Shown here: positions 1-8,378 of the stretch, piece after piece | How the letters are laid out: every line of letters begins with the position of its first letter | Position numbering within the stretch: the stretch's first letter is position 1 | IMG/VR virus record: IMGVR_UViG_2563366887_000005 | Location: 1-19,295 of that record | DNA from: a virus | Taxonomy: Duplodnaviria; Heunggongvirae; Uroviricota; Caudoviricetes | Direction: 5' to 3' (one strand) | Length of the DNA stretch: 19,295 nucleotides | Notes under the pieces: generated by a model | What the model was told of the DNA's origin: nothing | Database searches by the model: none | Seen by the model: only the letters and a program-made list of their open reading frames with translations | Position numbers and translations under genes: made by a program

Positions 1-1362
1 ATGTTTAAACCGGAACTCCTTTCCCCGGCGGGAACGCTGAAAAATATGCGTTACGCTTTCGCTTATGGCGCAGATGCTGTTTATGCGGGCCAGCCGCGTT
101 ACTCCCTGCGTGTGCGCAACAACGAATTCAACCACGAAAATCTTCAGCTCGGCATCAATGAAGCCCACGCGCTGGGGAAAAAGTTTTATGTCGTGGTCAA
201 CATTGCACCGCACAACGCCAAGCTGAAAACCTTTATCCGTGACCTGAAACCGGTGGTGGAAATGGGGCCGGATGCGCTGATTATGTCCGATCCAGGGCTG
301 ATTATGCTGGTGCGTGAGCACTTCCCTGAAATGCCGATCCACCTTTCGGTGCAGGCTAACGCCGTGAACTGGGCGACGGTGAAATTCTGGCAGCAAATGG
401 GCCTGACCCGCGTGATCCTCTCTCGCGAGCTGTCGCTGGAAGAGATTGAAGAGATCCGCAATCAGGTGCCGGATATGGAGATCGAGATCTTCGTTCACGG
501 CGCGCTGTGCATGGCCTACTCCGGTCGCTGCCTGCTCTCTGGCTATATCAACAAGCGCGACCCGAACCAGGGCACCTGCACCAACGCCTGCCGCTGGGAG
601 TACAACGTCCAGGAAGGGAAAGAAGATGATGTTGGCAACATCGTACACAAGTACGAGCCGATTCCGGTGCAAAATGTTGAGCCGACGCTGGGTATCGGCG
701 CACCAACCGACAAAGTGTTTATGATCGAAGAGGCCCAGCGTCCGGGCGAGTATATGACCGCGTTTGAAGATGAGCACGGCACTTACATCATGAACTCGAA
801 AGATCTGCGCGCCATCGCCCATGTAGAACGCCTGACCAAAATGGGCGTGCATTCGCTGAAAATCGAAGGCCGTACTAAATCTTTCTACTATTGCGCACGC
901 ACCGCACAGGTTTACCGTAAAGCTATCGATGACGCCGCTGCGGGCAAACCGTTCGATACCAGCCTGCTGGAAACTCTGGAAGGTCTGGCGCATCGTGGCT
1001 ATACCGAAGGTTTCCTTCGTCGTCATACTCACGACGATTATCAGAACTACGAATACGGTTATTCAGTTTCTGACCGCCAGCAGTTTGTTGGTGAGTTTAC
1101 CGGTGAGCGCAAGGGGGACCTCGCAGCGGTAGCGGTGAAAAATAAATTCTCCGTTGGCGACAGCCTTGAGCTGATGACGCCGCAAGGCAACATTAACTTT
1201 ACCCTTGAGCACATGGAAAACGCCAAAGGTGAAGCGATGCCGGTCGCACCAGGCGATGGTTATACTGTGTGGCTCCCGGTCCCGCAGGATCTTGAGCTCA
1301 ATTACGCGCTGCTGATGCGTAATTTCTCCGGGGAAACCACGCGTAACCCCCACGGTAAGTGA
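1..1362 (+). CDS. yegQ: Peptidase U32 family protein YegQ (tRNA hydroxylation protein TrhP), 453 aa
   Basis: Full-length ORF from ATG at 1; translation begins MFKPELLSPAGTLKNMRYAFAYGADAVYAGQPRY, recognised as E. coli YegQ; sits upstream of cyaR as in K-12. Confidence 0.9.
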   Translation: MFKPELLSPAGTLKNMRYAFAYGADAVYAGQPRYSLRVRNNEFNHENLQLGINEAHALGKKFYVVVNIAPHNAKLKTFIRDLKPVVEMGPDALIMSDPGLIMLVREHFPEMPIHLSVQANAVNWATVKFWQQMGLTRVILSRELSLEEIEEIRNQVPDMEIEIFVHGALCMAYSGRCLLSGYINKRDPNQGTCTNACRWEYNVQEGKEDDVGNIVHKYEPIPVQNVEPTLGIGAPTDKVFMIEEAQRPGEYMTAFEDEHGTYIMNSKDLRAIAHVERLTKMGVHSLKIEGRTKSFYYCARTAQVYRKAIDDAAAGKPFDTSLLETLEGLAHRGYTEGFLRRHTHDDYQNYEYGYSVSDRQQFVGEFTGERKGDLAAVAVKNKFSVGDSLELMTPQGNINFTLEHMENAKGEAMPVAPGDGYTVWLPVPQDLELNYALLMRNFSGETTRNPHGK

Positions 1363-1396
1363 TTAATTTCGATTATTTTTCCCGGATGGAAAATTC

Positions 1397-1412
1397 TTAG
1401 AAACCGATCACA
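1397..1412 (+). promoter_or_regulatory. Putative CRP half-site region of the cyaR promoter (TCACA at 1408-1412, weak left half)
   Basis: TCACA lies about 40 nt upstream of the CyaR 5' end with a possible -10 (TATCAT) at 1434-1439; CyaR is known to be CRP-activated. The left half-site matches poorly. Confidence 0.4.
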
Positions 1413-1446
1413 TACAGCTGCATTTATTAAGGTTATCATCCGTTTC

Positions 1447-1533
1447 GCTGAAAAACATAACCCATAAAATGCTAGCTGTACCAGGAACCACCTCCTTAGC
1501 CTGTGTAATCTCCCTTACACGGGCTTATTTTTT
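1447..1533 (+). ncRNA. cyaR: CyaR (RyeE) Hfq-dependent small RNA
   Basis: Sequence GCTGAAAAACATAACCCATAAAATGCTAGCTGTACCAGGAACCACCTCCTTAGCCTGTGTAATCTCCCTTACACGGGCTTATTTTTT matches CyaR as I recall it; ends in a hairpin plus U-tract; located between yegQ and ogr as in K-12. Confidence 0.85.
1507..1533. repeat. attL core (27 bp, AATCTCCCTTACACGGGCTTATTTTTT), reverse complement of the P2 att core, overlapping the cyaR 3' end
   Basis: Exact 27-bp direct repeat of 18792-18818; flanks a prophage with ogr at one end and int at the other. Confidence 0.85.
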
Positions 1534-1597
1534 ACGCGTAATACAATGAAATAAAAGGATTTATTTCTGGTCACGTCCACACATTGACCACATCGAC

Positions 1598-1621
1598 AAA
1601 AAAGCCCCTCGACTGAGGGGC
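1598..1621 (-). terminator. Rho-independent terminator downstream of ogr
   Basis: Hairpin GCCCCTC-GACT-GAGGGGC with an A-run on the + strand (a U-run on the - strand) immediately 3' of the ogr stop. Confidence 0.6.
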
Positions 1622-1634
1622 TTCCTGTTTGTAA

Positions 1635-1853
1635 TTACATCCACATAATTTGCTGCCCTGACGGCAACGGGTGCGGTCTTACGGCGTGGACTTCTCCCGG
1701 CTTCACGATGTATCGCTGTACCGACTCATAAGTGATGAACGTGGCGCTGCAATTCACGTTCTGGCACTGGTGATAACGCTCTTTTGTCGTGTCAGTGATA
1801 TAGCGACTTGTACGCGCATGTGCGGCATGCTGGCATAAAGGACAATGAAACAT
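1635..1853 (-). CDS. ogr: Ogr, P2 late-gene transcriptional activator (zinc-finger), 72 aa
   Basis: Translation MFHCPLCQHAAHARTSRYITDTTKERYHQCQNVNCSATF... carries the Cys4 motif; start taken at the internal ATG (1853) because the 93-aa ORF extension is not part of Ogr. Confidence 0.9.
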   Translation of the reverse strand: MFHCPLCQHAAHARTSRYITDTTKERYHQCQNVNCSATFITYESVQRYIVKPGEVHAVRPHPLPSGQQIMWM

Positions 1854-1934
1854 CGCGAGCACCTCTTCCGGTTTTGTTGATGGTGCCATTTTAGTTAATT
1901 TATCCTTATAAAACAAACAGATAAAATAAAAACA

Positions 1935-3098
1935 TCATTCATCATCTTCTGTTTCGTACTCCACATCAGAAAGCCTGACCTCAAGCTCTAAGGACGTCGT
2001 GAAGCCGCTATTATTCAGAAAATGTGTCACCTTAGTGATGGTCCAGTCCTGCTCGTCTATGACGCGCTTAAAGCCTGACACTCTGACCGGTGTTTCCGTG
2101 TAAATATCTGCACGACCGGTAGCCAGGATGATGGAGAACTCCGCTACACCCCGTTGCAGCTTATCCCACTTCGCCTGAGCGGCACGCATGGCCTGCGCTT
2201 TCGTGGCATATACCGTAGTCAGGGCAAAAACGTTGTCAGCCTCACCGGCCATGTATTCACCTTCGCGCGCTTCCGGTACTTTTGGCGCTTTCTTCTGCGT
2301 GACCGGTTTCGCTTTCGGGTGCTCCAGTGCGCGCAGGTGTTTCTCTTTCTTTTTGCGTTTCAGTTTTACCTTCTGCTTTTGTGGCTTCGGGTCTTTGGTG
2401 TGTAACCACTTTGCCGTTACGCCGGTATAGGCTCCACGGTCAGCAATCGCAAAATGATGGCGGTCGCCGTCGCTGCGGGTGATGGTAATCTGCGGGATTT
2501 TTTTACCGCTGGCCGTCACCCCCTGCCCTGCTTTGAGAAACAGCAGTTCTCCCATTTTTACCGACACCTCGCCGCCGTTGCGTTCAGCAAGACGGGTCAG
2601 GAATTTCACATCAGACTCCTGCGACTGGTCGATGTGCGGGATTTTAATTCCGGCCAGTGACGGAGCGACACTGGCTTCCAGCCTGTTACGGGAGGCTATC
2701 GCCTCAACAATCGCACCGAGCGTGGTGTCATGCCAGGAGCCTTCCCGGCGGGAATTGAGCGTCCCACGAAAATCTGCACTCCGGGCACGGATGGTGACCA
2801 CATCCGGTGCGCCCCGGTGTTCAACCTCATCAACGGTAAATTTCCCTTTGCATACCAGGGCAAAACCTTTCCAGCCGATATACACCGTCAGGACAGCGCC
2901 ACGAACAGGCAGCCCGACCTGCCCGTCGGCATCGTTCAGTTCAATATCAAGCTGGTCAGCCTCAAAGCCCCGGTTATCCGTCAGGGTCATGCTCATCAAA
3001 CGGTCGCTGATATTGCCGGTAATATCCCTGCTGTCGAGCATCAGCATGTAATCCGGCGTCAGCGTACTGCCTGCATCAAATGTCAGCGCATCCAGCAT
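1935..3098 (-). CDS. D: P2 gpD-like tail protein, 387 aa
   Basis: Full-length ORF, MLDALTFDAGSTLTPDYMLMLDSRD...; position between ogr and U matches P2 gene order; start overlaps the U stop by 1 nt. Confidence 0.9.
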   Translation of the reverse strand: MLDALTFDAGSTLTPDYMLMLDSRDITGNISDRLMSMTLTDNRGFEADQLDIELNDADGQVGLPVRGAVLTVYIGWKGFALVCKGKFTVDEVEHRGAPDVVTIRARSADFRGTLNSRREGSWHDTTLGAIVEAIASRNRLEASVAPSLAGIKIPHIDQSQESDVKFLTRLAERNGGEVSVKMGELLFLKAGQGVTASGKKIPQITITRSDGDRHHFAIADRGAYTGVTAKWLHTKDPKPQKQKVKLKRKKKEKHLRALEHPKAKPVTQKKAPKVPEAREGEYMAGEADNVFALTTVYATKAQAMRAAQAKWDKLQRGVAEFSIILATGRADIYTETPVRVSGFKRVIDEQDWTITKVTHFLNNSGFTTSLELEVRLSDVEYETEDDE

Positions 3099-3577
3099 TA
3101 TCCCGCCCCCGTCATACCCGTGAATTTAGTCGCCATACTGCCAGCCTTACCGATGAGCGATTCTGCCTGTTTACCGATATCGCCATAAAGCGCGGCCAGT
3201 GATTCATCCACGCGGGTGAGCGACAGCGTAAAATCAATTTTCCGGGGTGTGCCGTCTGCAAAGAAAATACTCCCTGTTTCACTCACCCTGCTGATGACAT
3301 ACATGCCGTAAATCATGCCGGTGCCATCCAGCAACGGCCACGCCCGGCCTTCCTCTGCCATCAGCCTGAGCGTGGTCATCGTCAGCTTCCCGCCGGTCAG
3401 TTCGGGATAAAGCACGCCGGCAAGCGTCATGTTTTCCTCACCCACACCGAGAAACTGGTAGGCATCCCGTTTACCGATACGGGAATTTGACGGCCAGCGA
3501 TAATCTGATTCACGCTGCATGGTCTGGTGTGGCAGCGTCTGGCGCATAAAAACAAACATACCTAACGCGAGCATCAT
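3098..3577 (-). CDS. U: P2 gpU-like tail protein, 159 aa
   Basis: 159-aa ORF with a strong SD (GGAGG) upstream; order T-U-D as in P2. Confidence 0.9.
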   Translation of the reverse strand: MMLALGMFVFMRQTLPHQTMQRESDYRWPSNSRIGKRDAYQFLGVGEENMTLAGVLYPELTGGKLTMTTLRLMAEEGRAWPLLDGTGMIYGMYVISRVSETGSIFFADGTPRKIDFTLSLTRVDESLAALYGDIGKQAESLIGKAGSMATKFTGMTGAG

Positions 3578-3591
3578 TTTTCGTCACCTCC

Positions 3592-5991
3592 TTAACCGTC
3601 ATGCATCATGCTGGCACGGGCGCGCGCACGTTTATCCCGCTCGTATTTTTCGAGCGCATCCTGTAACTGGCGGTCAAGCTGTGTCCCCGGCGCAGTACCA
3701 CCCGTCAGGCTGATGTGATATTCGTTTTTACTCTGGTCCACATAAGAGCGGCCAGCCGGTGCCGTGACCGGCTGATAAACCTGATAGCCTGCATAAGAGC
3801 TGGTCGCCGGAATATAACCACCGCTGCCATACGTGGCGGCTTGAGTTCTGGCGGCGGTCTGGTCAAGTGTGTCTGACTCTTTGTTGATAACACCGAGTTT
3901 TTCCAGTACCCAGTCAATACCGCTGCGCAGTTTGTTGAACGCATTAAGCGGCAGCATCAACGCGTCAGCCAGTGCCTGCCCGAACATGACACCCGTGTCA
4001 CGGCAACGGTTCAGGGTGTCCTGGGTGGCTTTGACGGGGGCAATCAGGTTTTTAAACCACTGCCACGCGGCCTGTAACTTTTCACCCAGCCAGTCAAACA
4101 GCGGCTTAAGTGGCGTGAACAGTTCCCCCACCGGCGCAAATGCCGCTTTCAGCCCTTCCACCACACCGCCAAAGAATGCGCTGACAGGCTCCCAGTATTT
4201 ACGGATAAGCAACGCCCCGGCGACAATTGCAGCCACCACGGCCACAACCGGCCAGCTAATCGCCCCGATGGCCGTCATAACGGCACTACCAACCGTCGTG
4301 AAGATTGCCCCCATTGCGCCTGCTGCCGCGATGATGGCATTGATGCCAGTGATAACCGGCCAGGCTACAAGACCAATTGCACCGATGATGCCAGTAAGCG
4401 CCAGCGCGCCACCGGCAATGATGCCAATGGTTGACGCCAGTGATTTGTTTTTCTGGATCCAGCCGTCGAGTTTTAACACATACTTTGTGGCCGTCTGTGT
4501 GAGCTTACGCAGTGCGCCTTCCTGCTGGTCAAACAGGTCTGTCCCCACCGCCTCATAAGCGGACTGAAACTCCTTAAAGTCACCGCCGAGGTTGTCCTGC
4601 ATGATATTTACCAGCTCGGCAGTCTTCCCGTCTGAGGCTTTAAACGCAGCGGTCAGTTTGTCCAGCTTTCCGGTTGAGGCGGCAGTCATCAGCACGGCAG
4701 CGGCTGAGCTGGCCTCCTCCCCGAAAATAGTTTTCATGTATTCAGCCTGCTGGGCAGTACCGAGCCGGTTTTTCTCAAAACTGGCCTGCATTTCTTTCAG
4801 AATGGTAAATATTGGCCGGGTGTTTCCTTTGCTGTCTGAGGTTTTCACTCCAAGCTCTTTGAGTGCATCCCATGCTTTTCCCGTCGGTGCCTGCAGGCGG
4901 CTTAACACGGCACGGCTTCCCGTCCCCGCCATTGAGCCTGTGATTTTTGCATCATGCAGCGCCCCGACCATTGCGGCGGTTTCTTCAATGCTGACACCGG
5001 CATTTTTTGCCACAGGTGCGGCATAGGTCAGCGCATCGCTCATGCCGTCAAAATCGGCGGCGGTTTTGTTCATCGTCATGGAGAGGACATCCCCGATATG
5101 AGCGACCTTATCGTTTGAAAGCTGAAAGGCGGATTTCATCCCCATCAGCAGGGCGGCGTTTTCTTCCATTGTGCGACGGTTCGCCAGCGCCATATTCAGC
5201 GTGACCGGCGTTGCCGCCTGAATGGCATCAACATCCCCACCGGCTTTCGCAATAATAATCTGCGCACCGGCTGCATCATCTGCCGAGGCTGCGGTATTGT
5301 CGCCGAGCTGGCGCGCCTGCTTGCGTAGTGCAGCCATTTCGGCGGAGTCTTTTGCCACACCGAGCACAGCCTGCAATTCTGAGTTTTTCTGCGCAAACTC
5401 ATAACCGGGCATCAGCAGCTTAACTCCGGCCATCGTTCCCGCCGCCGCAATCCCCACACCGGCAGCGCCCACTGAGGCCATATTTCCGGCCAGTTCCTTT
5501 CCGGCCTGATAACGCTGTTTTACTGCGTTAAGTTTTGCCTGTTGTGCACTGACACGCGCCAGTGCGTCACGCTGACGGTTAAGCTGTGCGGTGGTTTCAC
5601 TGATACGGTTTTTCAGTCCCTGCTCATCATGTGCAAGATTGCGGGTATTAATTCCCACAGCGGCCAGTTCCCGCTGCTGGCGTTTAACGGAGTCCGTCAG
5701 GCGGTTATATTTCGCCTGTAAGTCCTCCGCCGCACGCTTTGCGGATTCGCGCAGTTCCTCAACCAGAATGACCAGATGCCGCATACTACGCCCCAGCCTG
5801 TCCAGCTTCCAGACTACCAGAGTGTCACCTGCTGATAATGTTCTGAGCAGTTTTTTCAGCCCCGGCCTGTCGGACTTCGTGCCGCTGATTTTGTCCTCAA
5901 AAATCAGCTCACATCCTGCGCACTCCAGCGCATTACGCTGCAATTCCGTGTTCTGGTCATTTGTTGACACGCGTACATAGCCAATAAGCAT
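3592..5991 (-). CDS. T: Chimeric ORF: tail tape-measure protein (gpT-like, N-terminus missing) fused in frame to the first ~82 codons of a serine DNA invertase gene
   Basis: C-terminal ~700 aa show tape-measure features (long Ala/Gln-rich helical region, Gly/Ala-rich hydrophobic stretch IGIIAGGALALTGIIGAIGLVAWPV...). N-terminal MLIGYVRVSTNDQNTELQRNALECAGCELIFEDK...TLVVWKLDRLGRSMRHLVILVEELRE is a Pin/Gin/Hin-type resolvase catalytic domain. Junction estimated near 5745. Confidence 0.75.
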   Translation of the reverse strand: MLIGYVRVSTNDQNTELQRNALECAGCELIFEDKISGTKSDRPGLKKLLRTLSAGDTLVVWKLDRLGRSMRHLVILVEELRESAKRAAEDLQAKYNRLTDSVKRQQRELAAVGINTRNLAHDEQGLKNRISETTAQLNRQRDALARVSAQQAKLNAVKQRYQAGKELAGNMASVGAAGVGIAAAGTMAGVKLLMPGYEFAQKNSELQAVLGVAKDSAEMAALRKQARQLGDNTAASADDAAGAQIIIAKAGGDVDAIQAATPVTLNMALANRRTMEENAALLMGMKSAFQLSNDKVAHIGDVLSMTMNKTAADFDGMSDALTYAAPVAKNAGVSIEETAAMVGALHDAKITGSMAGTGSRAVLSRLQAPTGKAWDALKELGVKTSDSKGNTRPIFTILKEMQASFEKNRLGTAQQAEYMKTIFGEEASSAAAVLMTAASTGKLDKLTAAFKASDGKTAELVNIMQDNLGGDFKEFQSAYEAVGTDLFDQQEGALRKLTQTATKYVLKLDGWIQKNKSLASTIGIIAGGALALTGIIGAIGLVAWPVITGINAIIAAAGAMGAIFTTVGSAVMTAIGAISWPVVAVVAAIVAGALLIRKYWEPVSAFFGGVVEGLKAAFAPVGELFTPLKPLFDWLGEKLQAAWQWFKNLIAPVKATQDTLNRCRDTGVMFGQALADALMLPLNAFNKLRSGIDWVLEKLGVINKESDTLDQTAARTQAATYGSGGYIPATSSYAGYQVYQPVTAPAGRSYVDQSKNEYHISLTGGTAPGTQLDRQLQDALEKYERDKRARARASMMHDG
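5746..5991 (-). pseudogene. Serine DNA invertase (Pin/Gin/Hin/Cin family) 5' fragment; C-terminal HTH DNA-binding domain deleted
   Basis: The catalytic-Ser motif YVRVST is present, but the ORF switches to tape-measure sequence after ...LVEELRE; no invertase C-terminal domain is found anywhere in the window. Confidence 0.75.
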
Positions 5992-6058
5992 GATCATCCC
6001 CCTGAATAAAAACCGGGGATGATGCCAGTTAGCCATTATCTCTGCATTTTCATAAACG

Positions 6059-6092
6059 TTGGTTTGGGAGAAGCGGCAAAACGGAATGTAGG
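6059..6092. repeat. Inverted repeat, left arm (34 bp crossover site of the invertible tail-fibre segment)
   Basis: TTGGTTTGGGAGAAGCGGCAAAACGGAATGTAGG is the exact reverse complement of 7606-7639; encodes the conserved [10 protein letters not shown] junction peptide in both orientations. Confidence 0.8.
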
Positions 6093-6426
6093 TAACGGGC
6101 AAAACCAAATTCCGGATATGGCGGCGTTTGCCAGTTCACTTTCATCAACGGGTTTTCAAAAACTTCCTTCAGGTCTGATTATTCAGTGGGGTATTGTCAG
6201 TGGAGCATCAAACTATACGGTGACTTACCCGGTAACATTCCCAAATCGTTCACTTGCGCTGTTGGCTGTGCCACATACAACGTCGGTGGCTGGTATATCT
6301 GCAATGGGCATAGCGAACTGTTCTGATATCAGCAAATCACAGTTCTATATAATTGTTGGCGGTATATCTCAGGGAAAAATTGTCAAATATGAAAGGTCCT
6401 GTTTTTGGGTAGCAATCGGTGTATAG
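6059..6426 (+). CDS. Alternative tail-fibre C-terminal (variable) domain in the silent orientation (Sv'); no promoter or constant region of its own
   Basis: Shares the [20 protein letters not shown] junction and KLPxGxIxQWG pattern with the opposing 7266-7760 ORF; the reading frame begins inside the inverted repeat. Confidence 0.6.
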
Positions 6427-6434
6427 GTATATCT

Positions 6435-6830
6435 ATGATTTATTTCTCAAAATCGACTAATGGTTTTTTCTTTGATGGTATAAACAGCGACATGCCTGCT
6501 GACATTGTTGAGATAAGTACAGACTTATACAATGAATTAATTGCCGGACAGCAGGAAGGGGGTAAATTAATCACGTCAGATGAAAATGGTTTACCGGTAC
6601 TGAAATCTCCGGCGATTGATTATGTCGCACGTGCTGAAAATCAGCGAATGCAGTTACTTGCTCATGCCGATAATGTCACAGCTGACTGGCGGGTGGAATT
6701 AATGCTTGGTGATATCAGCAGTACAGATAAAGAAAAACTATCTGCCTGGATGGACTACAAAAAAGAAGTAAAAGCCGTCGACACTTCGACGGCTCCTGAG
6801 ATTAGCTGGCCTGAGTTACCGGAGGTGTAG
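6435..6830 (+). CDS. Tail-fibre assembly chaperone (Tfa, gpG/U'-like)
   Basis: Translation MIYFSKSTNGFFFDGINSDMPADIVEISTDLYNEL... has the typical Tfa N-terminus; start taken at ATG 6435 rather than the upstream TTG. Confidence 0.75.
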   Translation: MIYFSKSTNGFFFDGINSDMPADIVEISTDLYNELIAGQQEGGKLITSDENGLPVLKSPAIDYVARAENQRMQLLAHADNVTADWRVELMLGDISSTDKEKLSAWMDYKKEVKAVDTSTAPEISWPELPEV

Positions 6831-7245
6831 GCCATTCAATATCTGGAGCACTGGAGGTATCCACCAGTTCCAGTGCGTCCAGGTAATCCAGCCACAAATT
6901 ATATTGCGCCAGTTCCTCACCTTTCAGACGACCAATAGCTGATTTGCCAGGCCATTGCTTACTGTTCATGTATTCGTTAGCCTGGTTAATTAGTAGCTGT
7001 TTTTCTGATTCAGTAATTTCAATAAGCTCTTCATACGTGGGTGGAGGAATATCTGCCCACGCAGGCAGCCCATCATCTCCGGCAATACGGATTTTTCCTT
7101 GTGGCGGTTCAGCCATAAACTCACTGATAATATTTTGATTTACTTCCTTTGCGTCTGATAAATCCCATCCCTCTGATTTATATTTATCAATCATATCCAC
7201 AGGGAAAAAAGCATTATGCCTTGCGCTATAAACATATTCGTTCAT
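6802..7245 (-). CDS. Tail-fibre assembly chaperone (Tfa, gpG/U-like), partner of the currently expressed fibre C-terminus
   Basis: Translation MNEYVYSARHNAFFPVDMIDKYKSEGWDL...; convergent with the other Tfa, 3' ends overlapping. Confidence 0.75.
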   Translation of the reverse strand: MNEYVYSARHNAFFPVDMIDKYKSEGWDLSDAKEVNQNIISEFMAEPPQGKIRIAGDDGLPAWADIPPPTYEELIEITESEKQLLINQANEYMNSKQWPGKSAIGRLKGEELAQYNLWLDYLDALELVDTSSAPDIEWPTPPVTQAS

Positions 7246-7265
7246 ATAAATCACCCTGAATAAAA

Positions 7266-7760
7266 TTACTCACCAACAGCCCACCAACTGTAATTCATCG
7301 ATACTGTGGAGCTGGTTGATGCAGTTCTGTAAGCGGAATTAAAACCGGTTAGTGTTGGACCTTCTGCAGTCATCACGAATCCCCGTCCAGCGCCTAAAGG
7401 CGCACCACCATCACCAGAATGGGTAAGCATGGCGCAGTCCACTTCTTTAGGAAAAGGGATGCTGAATGTAATTCTCATTGTTTGCGTCGATAATGTCGGC
7501 GTAATCGCACCACGACCATATTGCAGGATTTTCCCGTTGGGTAATTTCATCCATCCATCACCACTGGCAAAAGAGGTCATGTCCGGTATCTGATTTTCCC
7601 CTGTTCCTACATTCCGTTTTGCCGCTTCTCCCAAACCAAGGTATGCGAGAAGACCAGCTACATCCTTTCCACTCAAATTAGTCAGCGTATTGTCCAGCGG
7701 TTGTTTACCTGCCAGCGCATTAAGCATTGTCGTGGCAAAGTTCGGATCGAGGAGCTGCAA
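7266..7760 (-). pseudogene. Tail-fibre protein (gpH-like) 3' fragment: short constant-region remnant plus variable C-terminal domain (Sv); most of the gene deleted
   Basis: The ORF runs through the right inverted repeat ([21 protein letters not shown]) but has only about 40 codons upstream of it before meeting terminase P sequence on the opposite strand. Confidence 0.65.
7606..7639. repeat. Inverted repeat, right arm (34 bp crossover site)
   Basis: Exact reverse complement of 6059-6092. Confidence 0.8.
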
Positions 7761-8378
7761 CGCTGCATGGTCGACACGCTGGAAGAATGGGAAGACTATG
7801 CGCCGTTTGCCACCAATCCGTTCGGCTCACGTCCGGTATGGATTGGTTACGACCCGTCACACCGTGGCGACAGCGCCGGATGCGTGGTACTGGCACCGCC
7901 GGTGGTGGCCGGTGGCAAATTCAGGATCCTTGAGCGTCACCAGTGGAAAGGCATGGACTTTGCCACCCAGGCAGAATCCATCCGCAAACTCACCGAAAAA
8001 TATAACGTTGAATACATCGGTATTGATGCCACCGGCCTCGGTGTCGGTGTGTTCCAGCTCGTGCGCTCGTTCTATCCCGCCGCTCGCGATATCCGCTACA
8101 CGCCGGAAATGAAAACCGCAATGGTCCTCAAGGCAAAAGACGTCATCCGCCGTGGCTGTCTGGAATATGACGTCAGCGCCACCGACATCACCAGCTCGTT
8201 TATGGCTATCCGCAAGACCATGACCAGCAGCGGACGCAGCGCCACCTATGAGGCCAGCCGCAGCGAGGAAGCCAGCCACGCCGACCTCGCCTGGGCGACC
8301 ATGCACGCTCTGTTAAATGAGCCACTCACCGCCGGTATCAGCACCCCGCTGACATCCACCATTCTGGAGTTTTACTGA
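7701..8378 (+). pseudogene. P: Terminase large subunit (gpP-like) C-terminal fragment; 5' two-thirds deleted
   Basis: The ORF ends 1 nt into the portal gene start (TGATG overlap), matching the P-Q operon arrangement, but only about 225 codons remain where P2 P is about 590 aa. The 5' boundary is uncertain (junction somewhere in 7640-7760). Confidence 0.7.

Larger units (their letters stand above)
6059..7639. other. Invertible tail-fibre host-range segment (Mu G / P1 C / e14 P-like): two alternative fibre C-termini and two tail-fibre assembly genes between 34-bp inverted repeats
   Basis: Convergent pairs Sv'+Tfa' (+ strand) and Tfa+Sv (- strand) bounded by perfect 34-bp inverted repeats; invertase gene remnant immediately adjacent at 5746-5991. 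Confidence 0.75.

Noticed and set aside
1635-1916. 93-aa ORF including a 21-codon N-terminal extension of ogr
   Set aside because: Ogr is a 72-aa protein starting MFHCPLCQ; the extension has no support and the internal ATG at 1853 is the real start.
2479-3188. + strand ORFs of 190 and 152 aa antisense to gpD and gpU
   Set aside because: Embedded in two well-supported, full-length genes; no SD or recognisable domain.
3869-5026. Two + strand ORFs (229 and 144 aa) antisense to the tape-measure gene
   Set aside because: Low-complexity Ala/Ser/Pro-rich translations typical of antisense frames in GC-rich coding DNA; fully embedded in a well-supported gene.
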